64,000 nt of DNA from positions 42,539 through 106,538 of the forward strand of contig DASPWZ010000049.1 of NCBI GenBank assembly GCA_035637535.1, written 5' to 3'. This DNA comes from Candidatus Dormiibacterota bacterium. Its GTDB lineage: Archaea; Thermoproteota; Bathyarchaeia; 40CM-2-53-6. The translations under genes were made by a program, and so were the position numbers. The notes beneath the pieces are model-generated. The model made no database searches and was not told the DNA's origin. It saw nothing but the letters and a program-made list of their open reading frames with translations. Shown here piece after piece: positions 46,053-55,416 of the stretch (positions are counted from its first letter, which is position 1; each line of letters starts with the position of its first letter).

Positions 46053-48287
46053 TCACCTTAGGGTTGCGGTTAATGATTTGACATCGTAGCCGAAGGGTTG
46101 CAAGAGGTTCGATGTTGACGAAACGAGTAGGTCAACGTATCTTTCAGGATCGTAGACGGTATCGTCGTCCGCCAGTTCTGGGGGCAAGGCTTGACCTTCA
46201 GGAATTGTTGACATATTAATCGTCAGAACGTAACTTACCTGCTGTCCTGCGTGAACTGTTCCTCCTTCGTCGATAAGATACTGGGCTGCGATCGCTTGGG
46301 GTACGCGGTGAGTATACTCGTTAGGCATCTTGCTCAAATTCTTCGTAATTATCAGCTCGTCGATAGGAACCGTGCCGCTTCGCAGTTTTGAAGCATATTC
46401 TCTGAGTGTGTTGAGAACTTGAGGAATAAGTGCTTGGAACTCCCGTGAATTATCTGCTTCCTTTAGGATTGCCAACATTTGTGTCTGGCATTTCTCAACT
46501 ATCTTGGGAGTGTCGTGGCGTCGGACATCGATACCCCGAACCTTGAGGGTCCGGTCTTGGTCTTGAAAGGTGCCATAGTACCGGTTGAGGACTGGCGCCT
46601 GCGGGTCTGTTTTGGAATTGAGGAAAACTATCCACCTGTATTGGCCCTCAAAACTAAGGGGGAGTTTCAGATCCTCTCTGATCACTGCACATAGTTCTTC
46701 ATAATCAGCCGCTGTCGCATCAGCTTTTGTAAGCCACATAGAGTCAACGATTCCATGCACGAGTTTGAAGCCTCTAGCTTGGGCTATTGCCACAGCACGG
46801 TGGAGGAAGATTCGTGAGAAGGCGCATGTCGCTATGTGCGCGTCTATCTTTCCGAACCGGGCGTTCTTAAATCCAAGATAGCCGAATGAACAGACCAGAA
46901 TCCACTTTAGTGCTGACTGACGTGCATCATACTTCTGCCTCTTCAGCTCATCTTTTTCGTCTTTCTTGAGTTGCTTGTACTTCGATCTTCTATCGAGGAG
47001 AATCTCAAGAGATTGTGGGACGATGCCTCGCCATCGGTCGCAGATATTGTAGTCTAGCTCTGGAACCCGACGGGGCGAGTTGGGGCAGCATTTGCATTTG
47101 ACGGTTTCTCCGCTTAGGTTCTGGTCCATCATTATAGTTGGGTAGAGGCTGGTGAAGTCCAGTTCTCCCACTTGATCATAGATCCCGGTCTCGGGTTCGT
47201 GGATGAAGCCTCCTCTGTCGGCGATGACTAGTTCGTTACTATCTTTCCATTCTTCGGGCTGGTTCTTGTTCCATGGGATTAGCACGTTTTCTTTGACCGC
47301 ATGGTAGAATTGTAGACTAGTCATGTTGGTGCCTATGGTCGCCCGGCTGGCTCGCTGAATCGGAATAATACACGTCCGAGCGATTTCGAATAGTCCTTCG
47401 AGTCCACAGTCAGCGCTGATGAAGGCGTTGTGGTCGTCAATATGCAGTCGACCTAGTAGGCGAGCGGCGGTCTCTCTGTACAGAATTTTTCCGTAGGAGA
47501 AATAGGAGTGGCCTTGAACCTCGTAGATTCTTAGTGGTGAGGGGTCTCTGCCGAGAACTAGTCTGTTGAGCATCCCGTTTTTGTGGGCGCGTCTCGCTAA
47601 GTACGGGAAGATGAACGAGTCTCCACCTTCTGTAATGACAATGTCCGGATCTATTCCGTTGAAGGTTTCAACGAGGCTGAGGAGTTTCTCCTCTTCACTG
47701 CCTGAATCGAGAACGAGTATCTCTTCCCGATCGGTTATTATTCTAAGGGAGTCTAGCTCGTCCTCGAAGGTTCGAATTCTCTTTTTCTTTCGGGTCTTAA
47801 TTTCTAGTCTGGTCTTTCGAAGCGGGGGTAGTTTGTAGTCTATTGTTTTTCTGGAATCTTTCAGGGTCCATTCAATTTTCTCGTCCCTTTCCTCTGCCTC
47901 GACGAAGGCTAGCGGGAACAGGTCTTTCTGGTAGAGGTAGACTTGGGGAGAGGGAACGTCTACATCGTAGAGGCGGAAATTGGAATAGCTGCTTTCCCGC
48001 TGTATCCTCCGCGCAAGCCTTGTAGCCTCCTCATCATTCTCTACTACGACCTCAAGGACTCGGGATTTTTCTATGTCGCCAGCCCTTTCAAATTTGTCGA
48101 CAAAAATCGAGTTTTCAACGTAGGATTTGCACGCGAGATCAACTAGCTTTCGGTAGTCGCCTCCCACGTGTATTCTCGGCTTCCATCTGTCTGTGAGCCT
48201 TACGCACTTTCCGTCGGGTTTTTTCAGCCATACTACCATCTGGCCTGGTTTCTGGTAGAGGTCGAGAATCCAGCCTAGATGCTTCAC
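46053..48287 (-). CDS. Family-B DNA polymerase with degenerate exonuclease and polymerase motifs (PolB2/Dpo2-like 'inactivated' PolB)
   Basis: Motif A 'DFTSLYPTIMM' is intact. Motif B reads 'KWILVCSFGYLGF', lacking the N and Y of KxxxNSxYG. Motif C reads 'HGIVDSMW', with the first Asp of DTDS lost. Exo I aligns to 'LEIK' and Exo II to 'FIFPYL' instead of FDxPY. GTG start. Confidence 0.8.
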   Translation of the reverse strand: MKHLGWILDLYQKPGQMVVWLKKPDGKCVRLTDRWKPRIHVGGDYRKLVDLACKSYVENSIFVDKFERAGDIEKSRVLEVVVENDEEATRLARRIQRESSYSNFRLYDVDVPSPQVYLYQKDLFPLAFVEAEERDEKIEWTLKDSRKTIDYKLPPLRKTRLEIKTRKKKRIRTFEDELDSLRIITDREEILVLDSGSEEEKLLSLVETFNGIDPDIVITEGGDSFIFPYLARRAHKNGMLNRLVLGRDPSPLRIYEVQGHSYFSYGKILYRETAARLLGRLHIDDHNAFISADCGLEGLFEIARTCIIPIQRASRATIGTNMTSLQFYHAVKENVLIPWNKNQPEEWKDSNELVIADRGGFIHEPETGIYDQVGELDFTSLYPTIMMDQNLSGETVKCKCCPNSPRRVPELDYNICDRWRGIVPQSLEILLDRRSKYKQLKKDEKDELKRQKYDARQSALKWILVCSFGYLGFKNARFGKIDAHIATCAFSRIFLHRAVAIAQARGFKLVHGIVDSMWLTKADATAADYEELCAVIREDLKLPLSFEGQYRWIVFLNSKTDPQAPVLNRYYGTFQDQDRTLKVRGIDVRRHDTPKIVEKCQTQMLAILKEADNSREFQALIPQVLNTLREYASKLRSGTVPIDELIITKNLSKMPNEYTHRVPQAIAAQYLIDEGGTVHAGQQVSYVLTINMSTIPEGQALPPELADDDTVYDPERYVDLLVSSTSNLLQPFGYDVKSLTATLR

Positions 48288-48348
48288 GAAGAATCAAGAT
48301 GCGCTTCTCTATTCTGGGACTAATTCGGAAGAGCGGGACGAAGAGCGA

Positions 48349-48368
48349 ATGTGAAACAGATGTGAAAC
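48349..48368 (-). promoter_or_regulatory. Tandem direct repeat (2 x 9 nt 'atgtgaaac' on the plus strand, 'GTTTCACAT' on the gene strand, 11-nt period) about 60-80 nt upstream of the PolB2-like start
   Basis: Exact 9-nt repeat with a 2-nt spacer. An AT-rich TATA-like 'aataga' lies about 25 nt upstream of the GTG. Confidence 0.3.
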
Positions 48369-48390
48369 TGTAGGAAAGTAAACGGAGGGG

Positions 48391-49389
48391 CTACTGATAA
48401 CCAAGTAGCGTTTTGTCCAGCGTAATAACCTCGTCTTCCTTCTGAGGGGTGAAGGGGTGACGGGCTATGATGAGCTGTGTATAGGCTCCTCTGTCCTTCA
48501 GTCTCGCAGAAACATGGGCAGTATGCATCAAAGCGTCTGTCATGGTCTTGTTTCTTGCCTTCTGATTCGTGGCTATAATTATCATGTTTCTCTGCTCAGC
48601 CGTTTTTCCCAGAAATTGTACGCTTTGGCGGAAGATGTCCAGTGCTTCTTGCTTTTCTCGTACGTCAGGATCGCAGAAGAGGGCCGTGATGTCAGAGACG
48701 ACAGCGAGTCTAGCTCCATACTCATCTAATGCTGCGGTTAGTTTTTCCACAATGAGGCTGTGAACTTGGTGATGCGTGAAGGCTCTGCTTAGATGAATAC
48801 GTTGCTGCACTCGGCCAGATTCCAGTCCGAGATTGACGATGTGCTGAGAGATGGTGTATGTGTCGAAGACGTTACCTGCATCTATGAAAACAACATCGCT
48901 ACCCAAGCCTTGGGAGAGTGTTGCTCGGACGCAGAGGAGGAGAGAAAGAGCATGCGATGGTTCACCCTCGAGGAAGACAAACTGGCCCGTTTTGAGAATC
49001 AATGCCTTGTCTAGAGACTCTATCCCGGTGGTTATGCCCGGTTGGAGGTCTCGGGGGAGGTTGCTTCCCCGACGTGTTTGGTATTCGATCTGGTCGTCTG
49101 GCTCTCTCAGGAGTTCTGGGTCTCTACATTTCAGGCTGGTGAGGAGGCGTCTTCCCGGAGGAAGAGGGGAGGCTCGGCAGCCTAAGACCCTGTCCAGTTC
49201 GAAGCCGCAGCTGGGACAGGTTCCGTCGAAGACTAGTTTGATTTTTCTAGGATTGACTTGTTGTTTTGATAGGACTAGGGCTTCGTCGCAGAGGATACAA
49301 TGGTACAGGTAGCCCTCGCTGCCTTTCTCTATCTGGTCTATCTGCCATGTCTTGGGTTGTAGAGAGTCGATGGTATGGCGTGTTTCCAT
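48391..49389 (-). CDS. RadA/RecA-superfamily paralog with an N-terminal Cys4 zinc ribbon and a degenerate Walker A
   Basis: 'CILCDE...CPSCGF' zinc ribbon. RecA-like core 'GITTGIESLDKAL..GQFVFLEGEPSHALS' in which GxxGxGKT is replaced. Walker-B-like 'VVFIDAG'. 20-nt gap after radA. Confidence 0.65.
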   Translation of the reverse strand: METRHTIDSLQPKTWQIDQIEKGSEGYLYHCILCDEALVLSKQQVNPRKIKLVFDGTCPSCGFELDRVLGCRASPLPPGRRLLTSLKCRDPELLREPDDQIEYQTRRGSNLPRDLQPGITTGIESLDKALILKTGQFVFLEGEPSHALSLLLCVRATLSQGLGSDVVFIDAGNVFDTYTISQHIVNLGLESGRVQQRIHLSRAFTHHQVHSLIVEKLTAALDEYGARLAVVSDITALFCDPDVREKQEALDIFRQSVQFLGKTAEQRNMIIIATNQKARNKTMTDALMHTAHVSARLKDRGAYTQLIIARHPFTPQKEDEVITLDKTLLGYQ

Positions 49390-49409
49390 CGCAGACCCTT
49401 AGGGTTGTT

Positions 49410-50381
49410 CTATTCGTCGCGTCTGCTCTTTGGAGCGGCGTCTTCCACGCCTTTCGCGGTGATCTGGAAGTAGGTCTCAGACTCTGGCAAGTATGGTGAG
49501 TCGATGATTTTGGCAACTCGTAGCCCCTGGCTGGCTTTCTTCAGCATGACTCTATGTGTGGAGGCGTGAGCTAGAATGTTTCCGCCCGCGGGACGCATGG
49601 GGTCACCGAAAAACGCTTGAGGGTTAGCTTGAACTTGGTTTGTTATGACGACTGCTAGGTTAAGGGCTTGAGCTATTCGGAGGAGTTTGTGGAGGTGGCT
49701 GTTTAGGCGTTGTTGTCGTTCGCTTAGGGATTCGCGTCCGATGTATTCGCCTCTGAAGTGGGAGAGGATTGAGTCAACGACTAGGAGTTTGATGTTTTCT
49801 TCTTGGCAGATTTTGAATGCGTGGTCGACCGTGAGGATCTGGTGGTCACTGTTATAGACGCGGCTGTAGATGATGCCGTCGAGTATCTTGTCCGCGTCGA
49901 GTCCCATTGCCTGGGCCATCTGGTAGACTCTTTGGGCTGCGAATGTTCCTTCAGTGTCGATGAAGAGGGCTTTGCCTTCGAGGCCGCCGTCTTTGGTTGG
50001 TAGCTGGACGTTGACGCTGAGCTTCATACAAATCTGTGATTTGCCTGCTCCGAATTCTCCGACAAACTCTGTAATGGCCTGGGTTTCAAGCCCGTTTCCC
50101 AGCAGCTTGTCAAGATTAGTGGATGCAAAGCTGAGCCTCTGGAGGCTCAATCTCCTCTCATAGAGCTGTTTAGCGGTGACAAAGTCTGTCTGTATCGTTT
50201 CCCGAGCAGCTCGGGAGATTTTGAGGGCGACGCTGTTCTCTAGGCCTGCTTTTTCGACTAGCTCTCGTATTGGTGCGATGGCTAGGGATGCGATGGAGTC
50301 GTAGCCTGCATCGCGGAGCTTGCCGGCGGTTACTGGTCCAACGCCGTTAAGATCTTGAATATTCACTATCTCTTCAGCCAA
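49410..50381 (-). CDS. radA: DNA repair and recombination protein RadA
   Basis: N-terminal HhH 'DLNGVGPVTAGKLRDAGY'. Walker A 'GEFGAGKSQ'. 'LLVVDS' Walker B. 323 aa. TTG start ('MAEEI'). Confidence 0.92.
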   Translation of the reverse strand: MAEEIVNIQDLNGVGPVTAGKLRDAGYDSIASLAIAPIRELVEKAGLENSVALKISRAARETIQTDFVTAKQLYERRLSLQRLSFASTNLDKLLGNGLETQAITEFVGEFGAGKSQICMKLSVNVQLPTKDGGLEGKALFIDTEGTFAAQRVYQMAQAMGLDADKILDGIIYSRVYNSDHQILTVDHAFKICQEENIKLLVVDSILSHFRGEYIGRESLSERQQRLNSHLHKLLRIAQALNLAVVITNQVQANPQAFFGDPMRPAGGNILAHASTHRVMLKKASQGLRVAKIIDSPYLPESETYFQITAKGVEDAAPKSRRDE

Positions 50382-50532
50382 AGACTATCGGAGCGAGGAT
50401 AGTCTGGTCATGGCTTATCTCCCAGAGTGAGGACCGTAAGTAACAAGATCTAGGCTAGGAATCTGTTCTGGTCGTGTTCAATTTGAGGCCTTTAGAGAGT
50501 AAATGCCCCTAGAGGAGTGAAAGTATTCGACC

Positions 50533-51078
50533 CTAATCGGGGCGTCTGGTTGAGGCTCTTAGATAGTATCCTACGGAACGGTCAGCCGTAATGTGACCTG
50601 CCCAGCCGAGAAGTGGCCATTGGATTGCTCCAGACGACATGCTCCAGATGGCAAAGACGGGAATCCAGACGAGAAGTGTGTGGAAGAAATTGTAGAGCCC
50701 AGGTCCCCAATGAGGCCATTCCTTGGCTCCGCGCATCGCGAGGCCGATAGGGATGAAAGACGCGAGGTCGGGAAAGGTCACCCAGAAAACCGTTTCCAAC
50801 AGGTTCAGATCTTTGACAACGAATAGCCGCCAGTAGAAGAGAACGATGAGTAGAATGATGGTAATCAGTAGCATTTCAAGTCGATAGGCGATGGAGTTTA
50901 GCCGGAGAAAGCCAGGGCCGGTTCGTGGAGGTTTAGCGTCCTCAGAGACCTCCTGACGGGAGGGTTTAGAGAGAGAATGTTCAGATATCCCCTGAGCCCT
51001 ACTAGGTATAGGGTGTAGTAAACTCATGGCGCAGAAACCCGAGCAAGCCAGTATTTCAAAAGCTCTAGAGGTAGCCAC
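50533..51078 (-). CDS. Integral membrane protein of unknown function. The real start is probably an internal Met near 50874, because the ORF-track start overlaps msrA.
   Basis: C-terminal 110 aa with 4 hydrophobic segments. The N-terminal 60 aa overlap msrA coding sequence on the other strand. Confidence 0.4.
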   Translation of the reverse strand: MATSRAFEILACSGFCAMSLLHPIPSRAQGISEHSLSKPSRQEVSEDAKPPRTGPGFLRLNSIAYRLEMLLITIILLIVLFYWRLFVVKDLNLLETVFWVTFPDLASFIPIGLAMRGAKEWPHWGPGLYNFFHTLLVWIPVFAIWSMSSGAIQWPLLGWAGHITADRSVGYYLRASTRRPD

Positions 51079-51595
51079 GCTGGCGGCAGGGTGCTTCTGG
51101 TGTACGGAGGCTGTCTTCGACCAGTTGAAGGGTATTGTAAAAGTGGAATCAGGCTATTCGGGCGGGAACGTTCCCAATCCTTCGTATGAAGAGGTGTGCA
51201 CAGGGGACACGGGACACGCTGAATCGATCGAGATAACGTTCGACCCTAGCATCATATCGTTCAAGGATCTTCTACAGATATTCTTCACAACCCACGACCC
51301 TACAACATACAACCGCCAGGGAGGCGATGTGGGAACCCAGTACCGCTCGGCTGTATTTTATCACAACCCAGAACAAGAAAAGATTGCCCGTCAGGTTATC
51401 CAGGAGTTCAACGAGTCGAAAGTCTGGAAGAAACCGATCGTCACCGAGGTAGTATCTTATCGCGACTTCTACAAAGCGGAGGATTATCACCAGGATTATT
51501 ACGCCAAGAATTCCCGACAACCCTATTGCAGGGTAGTGATCGAGCCGAAAATTGCGAAGCTGCGAGAGCACTACCGCGAGAAACTGAAGCAATAA
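51026..51595 (+). CDS. msrA: Peptide methionine sulfoxide reductase A
   Basis: 'GCFWCTEAVF' active site. 189 aa. Confidence 0.9.
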   Translation: MAQKPEQASISKALEVATLAAGCFWCTEAVFDQLKGIVKVESGYSGGNVPNPSYEEVCTGDTGHAESIEITFDPSIISFKDLLQIFFTTHDPTTYNRQGGDVGTQYRSAVFYHNPEQEKIARQVIQEFNESKVWKKPIVTEVVSYRDFYKAEDYHQDYYAKNSRQPYCRVVIEPKIAKLREHYREKLKQ

Positions 51596-51714
51596 TCGTC
51601 CGTTGCGGAAACTTGCGCTATTCGAGTCCAACCCAGTCTGCCAGCTCCTGCTATATTCAGTCTGCAGGCGCAACATGTTTGATATTGTAAGAGTGGAAGG
51701 AGTGGTCCCGCATC

Positions 51715-51969
51715 ATGTCCGAAACTCTTGAACGACAGGAGCGTTGGAAGCAGCAGAAGGAGGAGGCTGACCGTCAACGAATGGGGGGCGCCTACATCCA
51801 AGGTTTCATTGAAACAGCCGCGGCGCTTGTCGGCGAGGAGCCCTTGTTCAGTAAGGGTTACTGGAAATGTGCGAGTGGATGCAAACCCTTTGGCTTTGGA
51901 CTTGCAAGGACCCCGAGAGAGTGTCCCAGCTGCCACAAGCAGCTGATACTCTGGGTCCCAGGACCATAG
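51715..51969 (+). CDS. Small Cys-rich (zinc-finger-like) protein
   Basis: 'CASGCKPFGFGLARTPRECPSCHK' has two CxxC-like pairs. 84 aa. Confidence 0.35.
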   Translation: MSETLERQERWKQQKEEADRQRMGGAYIQGFIETAAALVGEEPLFSKGYWKCASGCKPFGFGLARTPRECPSCHKQLILWVPGP

Positions 51970-52029
51970 AGTATCGCGTCGGTTCAAGGTAGAAATAGTC
52001 GTTTTCAGACCCGCATCCTTCGAACGGGA

Positions 52030-52977
52030 TTGACGCTCGAGACTAGACGCCTTGGCAAGAGCGATCTTAAGATTACCAAAGTCGGAGTAGGAACTGCTCC
52101 GATAGGCTCAACCCCGGAGTGGAGAGTCTGGTGGGGACCCCAAGACGAAAAATCGGCCATTCGAGCGATCCAGACCGCCTTGGATGAGGGAGTGAACTGG
52201 ATCGATACCGCTCCATTCTATGGATGGGGAAAGGCGGAGGAGATCGTAGGCAAGGCGATCAAAGGTCGAAGAGGCGATGTCTATGTCTTTACGAAATGCG
52301 GGACGTTGCCCGATGGCAAAGGTGGTTCCATTGAGAATCATAAGCCAGAGACCATCAAGAGAGAGGTCGAAGCGAGTCTAAAACGTCTTCAGACCGACCA
52401 CATTGACCTTTTACAGTTTCACGATATGGACGCGACAACTCCGATCGAGGAGTCCTGGAAGGTGCTCCAGGATCTTATTGGTCAGGGAAAGGTCAGGAAC
52501 GGTGGATTATCAAACCATACCGTAGATCTCATCGGGAGGGCTGAGCGAATAGGCCCCGTCACGGCTAATCAGGTTCAGTATAACCCCCTCCAGAGAAAGA
52601 TCGAGAAGGACATCCTGCCTTTTTCACTGAGCCATCAGGTGGGCGTCCTCGGCTGGGGGTCCTTAGCTGAGGGCTTTCTCGCCGACAACTTCAGTTTAGC
52701 ATCCCTGGACCCGAAGGATTTCCGCAGAAACCACTGGTACGGCCAACCAGAGAACCAGGCCAAACTGGAGAGGGTCAGAGGAGCCTTGTCAAAGATAGCT
52801 CGAGCTCATGGCAAGAAAATGGTGGATGTTGTCATCGCATGGGAGTTGATGCACCCTGCTCTAACGGGAGCAATCATCGGAATACGTAACGAGAAGGAGG
52901 CTCGAGAAATGAAGGATGGAACGGAACTCATTCTCTCAGGTGACGAGATGCAAGAGATCGAGCGAGCGACAGCATAA
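52030..52977 (+). CDS. Aldo/keto reductase
   Basis: AKR catalytic-tetrad context 'IDTAPFYGWGKAEEIVG', 'LQTDHIDLLQFH'. 315 aa. Confidence 0.85.
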   Translation: MTLETRRLGKSDLKITKVGVGTAPIGSTPEWRVWWGPQDEKSAIRAIQTALDEGVNWIDTAPFYGWGKAEEIVGKAIKGRRGDVYVFTKCGTLPDGKGGSIENHKPETIKREVEASLKRLQTDHIDLLQFHDMDATTPIEESWKVLQDLIGQGKVRNGGLSNHTVDLIGRAERIGPVTANQVQYNPLQRKIEKDILPFSLSHQVGVLGWGSLAEGFLADNFSLASLDPKDFRRNHWYGQPENQAKLERVRGALSKIARAHGKKMVDVVIAWELMHPALTGAIIGIRNEKEAREMKDGTELILSGDEMQEIERATA

Positions 52978-52994
52978 AGGCTCAGCGAATAGAA

Positions 52995-53867
52995 TTGGCA
53001 GGGCCGTTCGCGACCGGAACCACGCTAGGCACAACGATAGCTCGCCCGATACCGGAAAAGACAAGTTTCAACCGATGGGTAATCGCTATCGTAATCCTTG
53101 TTATAGTGGTTGTTGGCGTTTTGTTCACACTCATCTATCAATCGTCTGCAATCGTTTCTACCAAGAACTTTAGCTACAGCACGGTCGCCGACCAGTCAAG
53201 CAACTACACACTCGAAGTCACAAACATCAACGGTGCGGTGACACTCGCACCGTGGGGACAAACCAGCTTCCTGATCAATGGCACCGTAACGGCGAAGGGT
53301 CTGGGATCGTCCCCCGCACAGGTAAATCTTGTCAACTCAAGCATGAATGGTAACATCATATTCCAGGCCCAATTTCCCAACAATGCTTTCTTTCTAGTCT
53401 CGCAAACATATTCTGTCAAAATCGACGTGTTCATACCACTTTCAGTGCACATTAGCAAGATCGTCGTAGACAACGTAAATGGACGGGTTCAAGCAACCGG
53501 TCTCAATGTCACCGGCGCAAGCATCTCCTCATCCAACGGCGACATAGACTTCAGCTGCTCAATTTGTGCAAGCGGCGGCTTTTCAGCGCAGACCACCAAC
53601 GGTAACATCGTAGGCACTTTTACGACACCGATCATGGCAGGGAACTATACAATGTCGTCTCAAAACGGCAACGTGCAAATGGCCGTTCCATCATCATCCT
53701 CATTCAAGTTGACCGCATCTCTCGTCAACGGAAGTATTCAGACAGAGAATCTTGTACTGAGTAATCAGACAAAGACCAGTACCCAGGTTACGGCCACAGT
53801 CGGAACCGGAGCAGCCGACGTAAAACTGCTAACAGTAAACGGTCAGATTACGATCATAGGAGCCTAG
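52995..53867 (+). CDS. Membrane-anchored beta-strand repeat protein (DUF4097-like putative adhesin)
   Basis: N-terminal TM. Repeated 'xNGx(I/V)' rungs: TNINGAVTL, DNVNGRVQA, SSSNGDIDF, TTNGNIVG, SQNGNVQM, LVNGSIQT, TVNGQITI. Confidence 0.6.
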   Translation: MAGPFATGTTLGTTIARPIPEKTSFNRWVIAIVILVIVVVGVLFTLIYQSSAIVSTKNFSYSTVADQSSNYTLEVTNINGAVTLAPWGQTSFLINGTVTAKGLGSSPAQVNLVNSSMNGNIIFQAQFPNNAFFLVSQTYSVKIDVFIPLSVHISKIVVDNVNGRVQATGLNVTGASISSSNGDIDFSCSICASGGFSAQTTNGNIVGTFTTPIMAGNYTMSSQNGNVQMAVPSSSSFKLTASLVNGSIQTENLVLSNQTKTSTQVTATVGTGAADVKLLTVNGQITIIGA

Positions 53868-54206
53868 CGACCAAAAGAGCCTGCATGGTTCTCCACCGTT
53901 CGTGTTGCGAGGAGTGGCTCGTTCGTCAACTTCGGTTACTATCAGGTTTTCTACATCGGACCCCTTTTTCCGAGTCCGAGTATCATTCCACAGTGACTGC
54001 TGATTGGGGTCCACTCTTGCGGCTTTCACGTCCGCGTTCCCAGCAGTAGCTTTACTTTTCGGATTCCTTCTCGTCCTCGTCGGAACAACTGATGGAACCC
54101 GAGAGTTGATTCAAGGCGGCTGGGGATTCATAACGGTAGGAATAATCGTGGAATTCGTCCTGCCGATTTCTAGACGGTTGAGATAGCGGACGATGAGGAT
54201 TAAGTT

Positions 54207-54950
54207 ATGAAAGCATTCATCGCGAGCTTCGTCAAAGGGCAGGTATTGCTTCTCGCTCTCCAGCCGATCCTTTTGCTGCTCATCATCTTCAACAAAGTCT
54301 CCCTCTACTACTGCGCTCCCGTCATCGTCTCCTTAGCAGTCCTATGGGGCTGGTTCGATTACTCAGGCAAAGTCCAGCGCAGAGGTGCTTCTGTTCTGAA
54401 GAAGCTAGAGCGTCTAGTCGACGATTTCGGTTGGTTGAACTTCCAGGAGGGAGGCGGAGCTGGCAACGAAATGGTTGTCTCCCTACTAGACAAGGCGAGC
54501 TTCGGGTCAAGCACTTTGACCACACCGCAACTCGCTACAGCGACGACTGAGAAGATCAAAGAAGTCTACTTCACGCTTGAGCTCTGGTACTTCTCAATGC
54601 GCCAGAAAGTCCGATTGCTCCTTCGAAAGGCAGCGTCGATGATCGAGTACGATTTGCTCGAGGTCGTTAACGAGTTCATCGAGTTCTACGGTGAGTTTGT
54701 CGAAAAGGTGGCGGAGGAAACTCTTCGACTGGTTGCAAAAGGAGATCTGACTAGCCTAGAGAGCGAACGAGAGGGCTTCTCGACTTTCAAAACACGTTTG
54801 TCGGAGCTAAGGGGTCGAGCTAACGCATTTCTCCAGAGCCTACGTGACGACGGTCTTCCCGTTTCTGAGACGAAGGTTAGAGCTTTAGAAGTGGATCCTT
54901 GGTTCAAAACGGGAACCGAGATTTCGGAAACTAAACGGTCGCCACAGTGA
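54207..54950 (+). CDS. Membrane-anchored hypothetical protein
   Basis: Two N-terminal TMs then a helical soluble region. 247 aa. Confidence 0.4.
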   Translation: MKAFIASFVKGQVLLLALQPILLLLIIFNKVSLYYCAPVIVSLAVLWGWFDYSGKVQRRGASVLKKLERLVDDFGWLNFQEGGGAGNEMVVSLLDKASFGSSTLTTPQLATATTEKIKEVYFTLELWYFSMRQKVRLLLRKAASMIEYDLLEVVNEFIEFYGEFVEKVAEETLRLVAKGDLTSLESEREGFSTFKTRLSELRGRANAFLQSLRDDGLPVSETKVRALEVDPWFKTGTEISETKRSPQ

Positions 54951-54961
54951 TGGCATAAGTT

Positions 54962-55366
54962 CTAGAAATCATGTTTATCCAGCTCTCCAAGAACCTGGTC
55001 AGGCGTCTCCCTCGCCACCTCGACGATTGTCGTTCGTGTAGCGTGGTTGGGAAGTAGGTCAGAACTCTGCGCCAAGGAAGAGGGCCGGCCGAGTGTCGCA
55101 GTTGTTCTTTCAGCGATACTCGCCTCGTTCTTCACCCGCTGAATCAGCAGTATTGTGCCGCCGAGAGCCATCCCGATCAGAAGAGCGTCAACTTGTCCAG
55201 TCAACAGCAGACCCAATTGGGGAAAGTTGCCGTCTACCCAGATTCGAAAGTAGATGTTGGAGAGATACTCGTTGCTGAACCCCGCCAGTAAGGTGGCGAT
55301 GACTATGAACTGCGCCATGATTATGCCGTAGAGCAGTTTTACGAATCTTTCAGGATATCCTGGCAT
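54962..55366 (-). CDS. Small membrane protein
   Basis: 134 aa with 3 TM segments. Confidence 0.4.
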   Translation of the reverse strand: MPGYPERFVKLLYGIIMAQFIVIATLLAGFSNEYLSNIYFRIWVDGNFPQLGLLLTGQVDALLIGMALGGTILLIQRVKNEASIAERTTATLGRPSSLAQSSDLLPNHATRTTIVEVARETPDQVLGELDKHDF

Positions 55367-55416
55367 AACTAGGGCTTGCGAAGAATACTGTCAATCTCTC
55401 TCATTAACAGTGCGGC

